The notes: a model not told the origin generated them from the letters alone. Positions 39,592 through 49,707 are shown, numbered from the stretch's first letter. The stretch is DNA of 64,000 nucleotides from a virus (IMGVR_UViG_3300030419_006472:1-64000); one strand, 5' to 3'. A program made the numbers and translations.

Positions 39592-40264
39592 TAATTTTTA
39601 AACACTCCTGCCAGTTATCTTCTGTGTCAATATCAAAATTCTCAGGATGATCGACTTTAAAGAAAGCTGGATTTTTACCTACCCTATTTTTAATAGTAGT
39701 AAATACACTTTTCTTAAACATATAAAAAGCAGAATTCTCTTCATACAACGTTGGAAGTGATTGAGTTTGTTCTAGTTTTAGAGGGTTATGATTTACAGGA
39801 CAATAACCATATTCTTCCTTTCTCCATAAACGAGAATTTATTAAATTACAACTAACAACAGAATCACACTTATCATTTTCAAAAAACTTATACGCCTTCT
39901 CTAAAGTTTCTAATTTAAGGAAAGGACTAGTTACATGAATTTGACATACAACATCGCTAGGCTCTATAACTGTTGACGTCTCCGCTCCTCCACGCCACAT
40001 CCCGTTTAAAAGATTATCAATAAGCTTATTTACTGATACATCGTTACCACATAAATAATGAGGTCTCTTAAGAGTAACAACATTCCTTAAATTAACATCA
40101 TTACGAATATTATGAATTATTTCATCACTATCCGTATCAACAAAAACCCTATAATCTTTTAATTTGTAAAGTGTATGTTTGTAAAGAGGTAAACCGCTTA
40201 ATTGCCGAAAATTCTTACCAGGTACTCTCTGAGATTCATGTTTAATTGGTATAAAAATCTTCAT
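39563..40264 (-). CDS. Second NeuA/KdsB-family cytidylyltransferase
   Basis: IPIKHESQRVPGKNFR, VDTDS, HVTSPF, TQSL, DIDTED. Confidence 0.88.
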   Translation of the reverse strand: MKIFIPIKHESQRVPGKNFRQLSGLPLYKHTLYKLKDYRVFVDTDSDEIIHNIRNDVNLRNVVTLKRPHYLCGNDVSVNKLIDNLLNGMWRGGAETSTVIEPSDVVCQIHVTSPFLKLETLEKAYKFFENDKCDSVVSCNLINSRLWRKEEYGYCPVNHNPLKLEQTQSLPTLYEENSAFYMFKKSVFTTIKNRVGKNPAFFKVDHPENFDIDTEDNWQECLKINETLMATTS

Positions 40265-40300
40265 CCTTCTATATATAATTACAATAGTTTGTCAAATAAT

Positions 40301-41194
40301 CTATAACAAATAATTTTTACCTTTCAAGTCTTCTATATCTTTTTCGAAATACAAATATTTTATAATAGATTTAATTTTAGATTTTGTTATATCAGGTGGG
40401 TTATTAATAAGTTCCGCTGGCCACGCCTTAACCCACTGAGATTTTTCTGGTTTTTTAATCCATGTACCGTTCCATTTATTAAAAAAATACATCCAAGCAT
40501 ATTCTTTATATATACCAGATCTAGTTTTCCAAATTTCTTGATGCTCGGAGTCATCTGCTCTTCGCTTTAACGTTTCATCTCCTCTAAAACCTTGTTCTTT
40601 AACAAATACTCGATCAGCTACTGTGTCTAATTCAAGAGCATCAGTGTTATTCAATTCAATACCATGTAGGATGTCATTAATACACGATTTTTCTTTATTA
40701 AAAATTAAAGCTCGTAACCAATAATCTGCTTCTTTATACTGTACTCCAAAGAAATTTTCATCCCAAATGCCAATCTTCTTAACAGCTGCTGGTGTATAGC
40801 TTACTAAATTATCGCCAAACTTACCTACGATAAAATTATACTTCTTATGCATTTTTAAAAGATTACTACACCAGTTAGGATGAACACTTGTATCATTTTG
40901 CATTGTGACTAGATACTCACAATCTGGTTTATTGAGATCTTTAAACCCATTAATTAAAGCTTGGTTCCAATTTTCAGCTAAATTACCGTTAGACCAATCT
41001 GGTCTAAGGACGTTATGTAATACATTAACTTTGTCTTTAAATTGCGAATTAAGTTTAAAGTCGGTATGATTGTTAATTATATTAACTTCTGTATTTGGTA
41101 TTTGAGAGAAATCAGATTTAAATAATTTTTCTAATGTATCATTTAAAACATCTGATCTCTTATACGTTACTATATAAATCTTGAGTTTTTTCAT
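40301..41194 (-). CDS. GT2-like glycosyltransferase
   Basis: IVTYKR, QND, IGIWDENF...EADY. Confidence 0.7.
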   Translation of the reverse strand: MKKLKIYIVTYKRSDVLNDTLEKLFKSDFSQIPNTEVNIINNHTDFKLNSQFKDKVNVLHNVLRPDWSNGNLAENWNQALINGFKDLNKPDCEYLVTMQNDTSVHPNWCSNLLKMHKKYNFIVGKFGDNLVSYTPAAVKKIGIWDENFFGVQYKEADYWLRALIFNKEKSCINDILHGIELNNTDALELDTVADRVFVKEQGFRGDETLKRRADDSEHQEIWKTRSGIYKEYAWMYFFNKWNGTWIKKPEKSQWVKAWPAELINNPPDITKSKIKSIIKYLYFEKDIEDLKGKNYLL

Positions 41195-42758
41195 TAAATT
41201 CCTCTCTACTAAGAGCTTTTAAATTCAAAATTTTAGTTAATACGTCATCTAAAATAACTTTGGGATTATCTTTTAAATGTTTACGAGAATACTCCCATTG
41301 ATTTACTTGATTATGGCGTTTAGATGCAAAACATTGCTTAGCAAATTCCTCTTCATCTCTCGTACAACCTTCTTTATAGCCTGGTGTAAAGTTATCTAAA
41401 TAAAAACTAAACCCAGTAATATAAAGAGATTCAACACCACGATGTAACAGATCAAATATCGCTGCAAAACCAGTATTAGCTCTACAAGCTACTCCTTTGT
41501 TTAGTTCTCCATACAATCTATAATCCATTACATGAAAGTTAAAATTGTTTGCTATTTTAGTTACGGTTTGTGAATTGACCATCGGACTCAACCTGTTACT
41601 ATGGCAATTACCTTTAACATCAGAATGTGGTATTGTACATACCCACTGTATGTTATGATCTTTAAGTCTATTAATATCTATTATACCTCCATTATCTTTA
41701 TGCTCTATAAGACAATTATAAAATACATCTGTTTTAGAGCCGATATATGGTTTGTACTTATCTATGACATCTAACCCTCTGTTCAATCTTACTACGACGT
41801 CAAATTCGTTATCTATTTTTTCACCAAAACCATAGAACGGTTTAGTAGTAACATACTGTGCTGGACCAATAATAATAACTTTCTTACCTTTTAAAAAGTT
41901 AGAATACGATGCCGCCGCATCCTCTATCGCTCTATCCAGTTTTGGGTTTTTATCCGCCTGCTCCTCCTGTTTTTTTAATTTTTGCAGATAATGCGATTTA
42001 AAATCTTCGTAACAACCTTCAATAAACTCTATACTAGAACTAGCTATATGAGGTGTCATGAAAAACTTATCACTTTTAAATTCAGTAAGCTTACCTGTAT
42101 ACGGCTCTTCCCAAAAAGCATCAAACGCGGCACGCATGTTAGTAATTTTTAAGTGATGGTAAAGATCATCTTCATTAACTAAAGGACCACGAGCCGTATT
42201 AATTAAAATAGCATCAGATTTAAATCTCTTAAGATTTTCTTTATTAATAAAATTCTTATTTTGAGGAGTATAAGGTATATGAAGAGTAACTATATCAGCT
42301 TTACTGTAATCAGGAGGCCTATCATCATTTAAAATATCATAAGTTAATATATTTTTAATAAACGGAGCCATTTTATGTTTAACTCTTTGTCCTATATTCC
42401 CTAGACCGACAATAAGAAGAGTCTTATTTGTAAGAACGTGTCTTTGAGTACTACTCCATGATGTTAAGTCTCCTATACCGTCATATAACATTTTAAATAT
42501 TAAACTACAAGTAAAATTTGCAGTTTCTTCATAGATATAATTCTTAGTTTTTACTGAAGGAAACTCTACTTGTATGTCAGAAGGAAAATTTACATTATCT
42601 GTACCAACACCTGCACGAAAAACAAACTTAACATTAGGGAATAATTTTATATCTATAGGCGGAGCACCTAATATAATTGACGTAGCTTTACTTGGAGTAG
42701 TTGTTACTAGCTCTTTTGGTAAAAGAGAATCAAAAAGTGATGTATTGGTCCAAATCAT
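41160..42758 (-). CDS. D-2-hydroxyacid dehydrogenase fused to GT29-like (sialyltransferase) domain
   Basis: N-terminal GVGTDNV, GLGNIG, INTARG, TPHIA; C-terminal sialylmotif-like VIIIGPA...ID...VVRLN...GSKTD and NTGFAAI...ITGFSFY, then H...E. Confidence 0.8.
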   Translation of the reverse strand: MIWTNTSLFDSLLPKELVTTTPSKATSIILGAPPIDIKLFPNVKFVFRAGVGTDNVNFPSDIQVEFPSVKTKNYIYEETANFTCSLIFKMLYDGIGDLTSWSSTQRHVLTNKTLLIVGLGNIGQRVKHKMAPFIKNILTYDILNDDRPPDYSKADIVTLHIPYTPQNKNFINKENLKRFKSDAILINTARGPLVNEDDLYHHLKITNMRAAFDAFWEEPYTGKLTEFKSDKFFMTPHIASSSIEFIEGCYEDFKSHYLQKLKKQEEQADKNPKLDRAIEDAAASYSNFLKGKKVIIIGPAQYVTTKPFYGFGEKIDNEFDVVVRLNRGLDVIDKYKPYIGSKTDVFYNCLIEHKDNGGIIDINRLKDHNIQWVCTIPHSDVKGNCHSNRLSPMVNSQTVTKIANNFNFHVMDYRLYGELNKGVACRANTGFAAIFDLLHRGVESLYITGFSFYLDNFTPGYKEGCTRDEEEFAKQCFASKRHNQVNQWEYSRKHLKDNPKVILDDVLTKILNLKALSREEFNEKTQDLYSNV

Positions 42759-43501
42759 TAATATTCAAGATAATTCTCTAAGCAATATTGTAATGCTGAA
42801 TCGAGATTTTTTTGTTTATGATGCATATGAAGAATTCTCTCTCTAAGATGCTCATGACCAAATTCATGATGAAACGTTCTTTGTTTTTCTCTGTTCTGTT
42901 TACTTCTAGCATTATACTCTGGAGGTAAAATATATAATCTAGCTTTTGATTCCCATAAGGAAACTCTAAATGTAGGTTGATCATATGGGCAAACGTTGTA
43001 ATACTTACGATAATATTTCGGCCAAAGATCAAATAAGTTATCTATATTATCACACTTTTTAAATCCTAAAACACCAGTATTAACTTCTGAAAAAGCATAT
43101 GGGATGTTTTTATATTCAGGTATACATTTTGAATATTTTTCTCTCTTTCTAGCCAAACAGTGAGTAATAACTAGCTCATATTCATCTAACATATCAAATA
43201 TGTCGTATACATTATAGTTAAAAACCGTGTCTGTATCAAGAAACAATGTCTTTTCATATGGAGAATGTTTAAGTACATCAACCTTTGCTCTTAATATCTG
43301 GCAATTAATTTGTATACATTGATCAATACCTGGTACTAACTTTAATAACTCATCTGGCTTCATATCAGAAAAGCAAGTAATATGAAGATCAGGATGAAAC
43401 TTTCTAAAAGACTCTACAGAGATACTTAATTCTCTAAAAAATTCCATATTACCCAGTGCATTATAAACTGTATAAATTATACCTTTATCCCTTTTTTCCA
43501 T
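42758..43501 (-). CDS. GT-A glycosyltransferase (GT8/nucleotide-diphospho-sugar transferase-like)
   Basis: SPYEKTLFLDTDT, NTGV, DQP, LPPEYN. Confidence 0.8.
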   Translation of the reverse strand: MEKRDKGIIYTVYNALGNMEFFRELSISVESFRKFHPDLHITCFSDMKPDELLKLVPGIDQCIQINCQILRAKVDVLKHSPYEKTLFLDTDTVFNYNVYDIFDMLDEYELVITHCLARKREKYSKCIPEYKNIPYAFSEVNTGVLGFKKCDNIDNLFDLWPKYYRKYYNVCPYDQPTFRVSLWESKARLYILPPEYNARSKQNREKQRTFHHEFGHEHLRERILHMHHKQKNLDSALQYCLENYLEY

Positions 43502-44117
43502 TTTTAAAAAAACCTACCTTTCCTTCTACGATTTTAAATAAATTTTCTTTCCCGAAATAATGATCTGAATATGTTTTTTCAATGCCTCTATTATAATCAT
43601 CTATAACAATAATGCCATCTTCTTTTATCAATGAATAAGCGGAAAAAATACTACTCATCCGACCTGGTCCATCATATGGCCGTGGTGGTTGATGACCTAA
43701 CGGGCCATCTACAATTATAAAATCCCATAAAACATCCGTAACTTCAGAGGGTAAATCAATTTTAATTTCTTCCTCGTCAAAAAATGAATCATCTCTAACA
43801 CCGAGATTTATTTGATGATAATCTTGTATCTTTGTTTTATAATTTATATGATGTACCGTTAATTCATTAGTATTCTCAAAATATGAACAATCTTCTGTGC
43901 TTTTATTTGAAATTTTATCTATCCAAGATTGATCATTTTCTAAAAAAACTGTTACACCCTTAATGTTTAAGTTTTGCCACAAATGAGAGTCGTCTCCTAA
44001 ACCGAAAACTAATAAATTACAAGGACAGTGTGGCTCTAACTCTTTAGCTATTTCAGTATACTGAACATGACTCATTAAACCACGACCATATTTTGAAACT
44101 AATTCTTTATAACTCAT
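43485..44117 (-). CDS. DUF579 polysaccharide O-methyltransferase-like (GXM/IRX15 family)
   Basis: PCNLLVFGLG.DS.LW..LN..G.TVFLE and WD.I.VDGP.G.....PGRMSSI.SA. Confidence 0.75.
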   Translation of the reverse strand: MSYKELVSKYGRGLMSHVQYTEIAKELEPHCPCNLLVFGLGDDSHLWQNLNIKGVTVFLENDQSWIDKISNKSTEDCSYFENTNELTVHHINYKTKIQDYHQINLGVRDDSFFDEEEIKIDLPSEVTDVLWDFIIVDGPLGHQPPRPYDGPGRMSSIFSAYSLIKEDGIIVIDDYNRGIEKTYSDHYFGKENLFKIVEGKVGFFKNGKKG

Positions 44118-45072
44118 TTAGCTGTGTATATATTCTCTTCGCCCATACTAACGGATCATAAAGCCTGTCAAATTCTTGTTTCGCCTTTAATGCCATTTCG
44201 TTTCTCTTCTTAGAAGATGATAGCTGTCTAAATGCTTTTAGCCATCCGTGTTTATCTGCGGCAATTAAGCCGTGCTCAGGGTTTCCTAGAATATGTAAGT
44301 TACTCGGAGTCAGATCTGTTACAACAGGTAGACCTAACTGATGAAAAACAAACGCTCTACCGCTGTTAGATTTGTTTTTAAACCTAACTACATAATCCGT
44401 ATCATATGCTCCAGTATCAATAACCTGATCTCGTTTATAATCATCTACATATGTAGCATTAGGACATAATCCTATATCAGCCGATAAAATATCCTGAGCT
44501 ATTGTACCTGCATTCCATTGTTTATATTTTATTTTTATATCTGGTCGACCTATTTGCCAGTCAAACTCCGGATGTCCGTGAATAATAAGCAGCTCAATTT
44601 CTCTCTCTTTGGAAAATTCTTCTAATGCTAGTTTAACATGCGGGTCAAACTTAGCTAAATGAGGGTAGTGACCATGAAAGCAAAAGCGTAATACGTCTGT
44701 ATCAGTGTGTTCTTTTATATCTTTATTTTGAAATAGCTCTTCAATTAGTGGATATAGTAATACGTTTTTGTTTGTCGATAAACTCGCCTGTTCTTCTATT
44801 GACCCTACGATAAGAAAATCACAGTAGTCATAAGTATCTACTTTCGGATTTATCAACCCTACCTTTTTCCACGGGCATTGTTGTTTTACAGCACGTGCTA
44901 TGTTTATCTCACCCTTTACAACAATAACAATCTCTTCATCTCCAATATCATGAGCAATCTGAGAGGGTATATTTAATTGTTGAAAATAATTATTAAGATC
45001 ATGAATCCAGATCCTGTAAGAACCTGTGTTGAAGTCACGATGATTTGTAAGAAATGTTATTCTTTTCTCCAT
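44107..45072 (-). CDS. GT-B glycosyltransferase (GT4-like)
   Basis: SYRI, ADIGLCP, KSN.GR....LGLPVV. Confidence 0.65.
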   Translation of the reverse strand: MEKRITFLTNHRDFNTGSYRIWIHDLNNYFQQLNIPSQIAHDIGDEEIVIVVKGEINIARAVKQQCPWKKVGLINPKVDTYDYCDFLIVGSIEEQASLSTNKNVLLYPLIEELFQNKDIKEHTDTDVLRFCFHGHYPHLAKFDPHVKLALEEFSKEREIELLIIHGHPEFDWQIGRPDIKIKYKQWNAGTIAQDILSADIGLCPNATYVDDYKRDQVIDTGAYDTDYVVRFKNKSNSGRAFVFHQLGLPVVTDLTPSNLHILGNPEHGLIAADKHGWLKAFRQLSSSKKRNEMALKAKQEFDRLYDPLVWAKRIYTQLNEL

Positions 45073-45656
45073 AGTATGTTAACTTTTTTATTATTATCAG
45101 GGTTATCAAATATTTTTACAATAGTCAGACCGTAACCATAAGGTAATGTTGTTCCATCGTGTTTATATTTTTTAATTAAATCGCTATTTGCTAGACCTCG
45201 TCTCATTTCAGGACCAAGATCATAATGAGCTGTATCATGTACTAAAACTAATCCTCCACTTTTAACATATGGAGCTATATTATTTAAATCTTTAGTAACT
45301 TCTACATCAGTATGAGAACCATCGTGTAGTACAACATCATAACATTCACTATGATCTAAAGTAGGTACAACATCTAAAGAGTCTCCTAGGCAAAACGACC
45401 ATATATCCTTACTATCAGCTACAAAATCATCAGGAATATCTTCTCGCTCAGATAAAGGCCTTTTATCTACACTGGTTATCTTACCACCAGTTACCTTTAA
45501 CGCTTCAACCATTGATCGAGTCGAAAAACCACAACCAAATTCAAATACATTCTTGGACTCCATTCCTAAAACAATAGAATATAAGGTGAGATAATGTCTT
45601 GTTAATCCTGTATCATTTAAATGATGTTTTTGTACTATAAAATTTAAATCGTGCAT
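45057..45656 (-). CDS. Class I methyltransferase (Methyltransf_24-like)
   Basis: FEFGCGFST, GDS, HDGSH, GGLVLVHD. Confidence 0.85.
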   Translation of the reverse strand: MHDLNFIVQKHHLNDTGLTRHYLTLYSIVLGMESKNVFEFGCGFSTRSMVEALKVTGGKITSVDKRPLSEREDIPDDFVADSKDIWSFCLGDSLDVVPTLDHSECYDVVLHDGSHTDVEVTKDLNNIAPYVKSGGLVLVHDTAHYDLGPEMRRGLANSDLIKKYKHDGTTLPYGYGLTIVKIFDNPDNNKKVNILWRKE

Positions 45657-45663
45657 ATTACTT

Positions 45664-47331
45664 TTATGTTTTTTTAATTACAACCTCTTTGTTAAGTGTT
45701 AGAAATTCTTGATAAGTAATATCACTCTCATTAATCACTTCTGTATTAGGAGGTAATAGATCAAAAAAATCAGTTTGAATGTTTTTTATGTCATAAACAG
45801 CATACTTATCATTATCCATAAAAAGCTGTAAATGCAATAACGCAAAACCACCTGGCTTTAATACTCGTATCATCTCAGAGCAAAATTTCGAAGGATATAA
45901 TGCATGATCAAGAACATTAGTAAAAATAAAATCAAATGTCTCGTCTTTAAAATCTAAATTATGAAAGTCACCTTCAATAACTAATGGCTCACATGCAACT
46001 AAATCTACACCTATTGCATCTTTATTTAAATCCTTTAAAGCTTGAACCTCCTGACCTGTTCTCGCACCAATACATAAACACTTATTACCAATATACTTTA
46101 TATTTTTATCAAAAACTTTTCTAAACCCTGAAGTTTTATAATCCCATTCTTTGGTTAACCAGGTTTTTCTTTTTTCAGGGTCATTAGTTTTCTCTTTCTG
46201 TAACTCTACGTAATCTTCATACTTATTAAAAGATCGATTTGTGTGAGGAGCGCGAATTTGTTCTAATAAATTTACAACACGTGTAGCATATTGTTCTTGA
46301 GTAAAGTCTCGAGTATACTCAAGACCTTTCTTAACAAGTTTATTTCTCTCTTCATCGTTTTCTAAATAGTAAACAAGCTTTTTAATAATTTCCTGATCAG
46401 ACATTTGCATGTTTATTTCAATTAAAAATGATTTTAATTTTTTAACATCTTCAGGATGATCATCATACAAATCTCCCGCTAAAGCAGTACCACACATAGG
46501 TACTTCTATATACTTTCCAAATCTAGAATTAGGTGCTCCGCTATCAGTAATAATAATTTTAGCTGAATTTATTTTATTAGCAAAATCAATTGCATACTTA
46601 TCAGTATATGCATCGGAGTGTGAGCCACCGACATGAGGAATAACACCACACTTATACTTAGACGGCATAAGATTGAGTAATCTTGCCATTCTAGCTCGTA
46701 GAGGGTAATGTTCCCCTAACATAGTTGTAACGTTTGTTGCACCTACTAACGCAACATCATATTTCTTCTCTATTTCAGGTTTAGGTTTAAATATACTCGC
46801 TTCGGCGCTATGAGGAATCCACGTCATACATTTAATATTTTTAAATAATTTTGAATATAGTGTAGCATGTTCTGGGGAGGACTTAAAAAACTCTAATAAT
46901 CTTCTATATTCTACGTAATCATTATAATGATGACATATAACAACATTAGCATTACTGTCGGTTATTTCTTTTAACGTCCATTCTTTGTCGTACATTTCAT
47001 TATATCGAATACATTTATAAAACTTTATTTCTTCAAAACCAGATATCTCTAAAGGTTTATACCCGATAACCAAATGACAAACTGTAACCTGTTGATTAGT
47101 TCCTTCAATACGCTTTCCTTCAATAATATTATAAATATTATCTTGTGGAGATAAATTAGAATCCCAATTATCCCATCCAGGACCGGTATATATCCCGTTG
47201 ACATTAGTATGGTTAAACAGAGCGCGTATAGAATGGAATCTAATACGAGACATTTTAGTATCGAAATACTCTTTTTTAATTAAAAATACTATATTATACT
47301 GATCAGTTTGTTCTTCTAATGTCAACAGCAT
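45664..47331 (-). CDS. GT-B (CgeB/Glyco_trans_1_2-like) fused to class I methyltransferase
   Basis: KKYDVALVG...YPLR, KYIEVPMCG; C-terminal LCIGARTGQEV, GDFH, FDFIFTNVLDH, RVLKPGG. Confidence 0.8.
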   Translation of the reverse strand: MLLTLEEQTDQYNIVFLIKKEYFDTKMSRIRFHSIRALFNHTNVNGIYTGPGWDNWDSNLSPQDNIYNIIEGKRIEGTNQQVTVCHLVIGYKPLEISGFEEIKFYKCIRYNEMYDKEWTLKEITDSNANVVICHHYNDYVEYRRLLEFFKSSPEHATLYSKLFKNIKCMTWIPHSAEASIFKPKPEIEKKYDVALVGATNVTTMLGEHYPLRARMARLLNLMPSKYKCGVIPHVGGSHSDAYTDKYAIDFANKINSAKIIITDSGAPNSRFGKYIEVPMCGTALAGDLYDDHPEDVKKLKSFLIEINMQMSDQEIIKKLVYYLENDEERNKLVKKGLEYTRDFTQEQYATRVVNLLEQIRAPHTNRSFNKYEDYVELQKEKTNDPEKRKTWLTKEWDYKTSGFRKVFDKNIKYIGNKCLCIGARTGQEVQALKDLNKDAIGVDLVACEPLVIEGDFHNLDFKDETFDFIFTNVLDHALYPSKFCSEMIRVLKPGGFALLHLQLFMDNDKYAVYDIKNIQTDFFDLLPPNTEVINESDITYQEFLTLNKEVVIKKT

Positions 47332-48052
47332 CGTACTTTTGTTTTAATTGTTCATAAATTGATGTTTCAGGGAATTGTCCGTGCTTATCTATACCTAACC
47401 TACGCCATGCTTCATTCCATAAATGTAATCCGTATATACTATTACTAGGCTTCATTACTTTACCTGGAGTGATGAATAAATTTGATCTAAAGGGAGCAAT
47501 AAAACAAAAAGTATGTATAGGTTTAATATACTCATTATAATTAAATTTGTTTACAGCTTCATTCAATAACCTAGGACCGACAATTCCCCACTCTAATGTT
47601 TTTTTATCTTTCTTTAAACACTCATTATAACAATAATCCATTAACTTATCTCCCTTCGGACATTTAATGGCTCCTGTGTTTAATATAGGCTTATGTGTAT
47701 CGTAGTCTTCCTCTGAGCAAAATACATATTCGTCTTCAAAGTCCCATGGTTGTAAGCAGACCATATCAGTATCAACCCACCAGCCTCCCTTTTCGTACAA
47801 TAGTTTATACCGAAAATAATTAGAAAAAGCAGAATATGAACCCTTACCAGGCCCTACTTGATAAGCAAAAACATCTTCTTTAGGAAGAATATCCTTACCG
47901 TCTTTTATGATAACACCATCTGGTACATTCTTTATGTCTTCATAACAATATAAATGAATTTCCATATCGTTTTTAACAAACGAATTTAAAGACAAAATCT
48001 CCATACATGAAAGTGTATCTCCGATCCATAATGTTTGAATAATATTGCTCAT
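47303..48052 (-). CDS. Glycosyltransferase family 32 (DXD, alpha-1,4-GT-like)
   Basis: IQTLW, FSNYFRY.LLY..GGWWVDTD, WGIVGP, HLWNE; probable start 48052. Confidence 0.88.
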   Translation of the reverse strand: MSNIIQTLWIGDTLSCMEILSLNSFVKNDMEIHLYCYEDIKNVPDGVIIKDGKDILPKEDVFAYQVGPGKGSYSAFSNYFRYKLLYEKGGWWVDTDMVCLQPWDFEDEYVFCSEEDYDTHKPILNTGAIKCPKGDKLMDYCYNECLKKDKKTLEWGIVGPRLLNEAVNKFNYNEYIKPIHTFCFIAPFRSNLFITPGKVMKPSNSIYGLHLWNEAWRRLGIDKHGQFPETSIYEQLKQKYDAVDIRRTN

Positions 48053-48852
48053 AACTCTAATTGATCTCTCCAAATCCTTAAAATACCAACATTCGACCAC
48101 AAACTTTGTTCTATAATATTTTCATTACCATGAAAATTTACATCAGTTAACTTACACTCATCAGATACAAGAGAGGCATTTTCGGATAATGACGAATGAT
48201 ACACGTCAGTTATGGTATCATATATTGTTTGTTTCTCTTCTACATAACCAATTAGTTTAACTTGTTTAGAATATTTCTCAATAACAGGTCTTACATCACT
48301 TTCATAATAATCAGGATCATTAATTGTACCGTATATTCGAATATCAGTATGACCGTCTTTTATGGCTCTCTCTATAGAAACATGTACTTGTTTATTTTTA
48401 TCGATACTGCCTATAATACCGGCAATTTTTTGTTTAGGTTTGTTACAGGGTTTTAAATCTTCATTTACATTACCGCAAATAAACCAAGATAAATTTTTTA
48501 TTGTATGAGCTTCGTGCCATAGTAACTGCTGTTTATTTAAAAAATGTATTTTATCAAAAATATGAACAGGTGTTTGCTTTAACGGATATAGATCTTTTTC
48601 GTGTAAACTTAAAATAAATTTATCAACATTAGGTCTAGTTTTTCTTACATGTAAAAAGTGATATATAACTTTATCTGATTCTTTCGTGGTCGCAGTCTGT
48701 AACTTTGCACCATTACATTTATCGAGATGCCAGTCGTGAGGACCGTACATTATACATTCATGACCGTTGTTATTAAATAAGTTGCATAAATTAATAAATG
48801 CTGTAGTAGAACCACCGGGATTACTCCATCCTGTAAATATTTTTATCACCAA
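48049..48852 (-). CDS. GT-B glycosyltransferase (GT4-like)
   Basis: PGGST, IGSIDKNK, VYHSSLSE...LV.DE. Confidence 0.75.
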   Translation of the reverse strand: MVIKIFTGWSNPGGSTTAFINLCNLFNNNGHECIMYGPHDWHLDKCNGAKLQTATTKESDKVIYHFLHVRKTRPNVDKFILSLHEKDLYPLKQTPVHIFDKIHFLNKQQLLWHEAHTIKNLSWFICGNVNEDLKPCNKPKQKIAGIIGSIDKNKQVHVSIERAIKDGHTDIRIYGTINDPDYYESDVRPVIEKYSKQVKLIGYVEEKQTIYDTITDVYHSSLSENASLVSDECKLTDVNFHGNENIIEQSLWSNVGILRIWRDQLEL

Positions 48853-48906
48853 TAACTGTTAATTATTGATTTCCATCTAGGTAAATTGCAATAAATATTT
48901 AAAGAT

Positions 48907-49707
48907 ATGGCTAGAAAAGGACGTTCCGCGTCGGTTTCTAACTCAACTAAAAAGACTGCATTAAGTGGCAGACGAGTTAGTAAGAAAAAATTAGTTAACA
49001 ATAAGGAAATTAAAGAAAGTATAGAAAAAAATACATTCCTAAATTTTGATGTTAAACAAAAATATGAAATAACACCCGTTCACGAACAATTCCTTGAGAC
49101 ATGTTTTAAGGATATATGTAGAATGGCGTTAGTCGACGGACCTGCCGGGTCGGCAAAGACATATTTATCAGTATATGTCGCATTACAATTATTACGTACA
49201 CAAAAAGTACAAGAAATTATCTACATACGAAGTATTGTAGAGTCAGCATCAAAAAGCATGGGGTCGTTACCAGGAGAAGTTGATGATAAATTTTTACCGT
49301 GGTGTTTTCCGTTATTTGAAAAATTAAATGAATTTTTAGATAAGTCTTTATCTTCTAGCCTAATAACTGAACAATATATTAAATGTGTACCGGTAAACTA
49401 CGTACGTGGTTTAACGTTTAACAACGCTTGTGTTTTAATTGATGAAGCGCAAAACTTAACCTCCGGGGAATTAACTACAATTTTAACACGGTTTGGCGAA
49501 AATACGAAATATATAATAACCGGAGATACACAGCAAAGTGATATAGGAAGTAAGACTGGTTTTAAGTCGATTTTAAATGCATTTAATACAGAGGAGTCCT
49601 ATAAACACGGTATATGTACGTTTAAATTTAATGAATTAGATATTGTACGATCTGAAATATTAAAATATATTGTAAAAGTGCTGAGAGATTTAAAGATGGA
49701 AGCTTAA
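48907..49707 (+). CDS. phoH: PhoH-family protein
   Basis: GPAGSAKT, RGLTF, DEAQN, TRFGE, GDTQQSD, DIVRS. Confidence 0.93.
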   Translation: MARKGRSASVSNSTKKTALSGRRVSKKKLVNNKEIKESIEKNTFLNFDVKQKYEITPVHEQFLETCFKDICRMALVDGPAGSAKTYLSVYVALQLLRTQKVQEIIYIRSIVESASKSMGSLPGEVDDKFLPWCFPLFEKLNEFLDKSLSSSLITEQYIKCVPVNYVRGLTFNNACVLIDEAQNLTSGELTTILTRFGENTKYIITGDTQQSDIGSKTGFKSILNAFNTEESYKHGICTFKFNELDIVRSEILKYIVKVLRDLKMEA

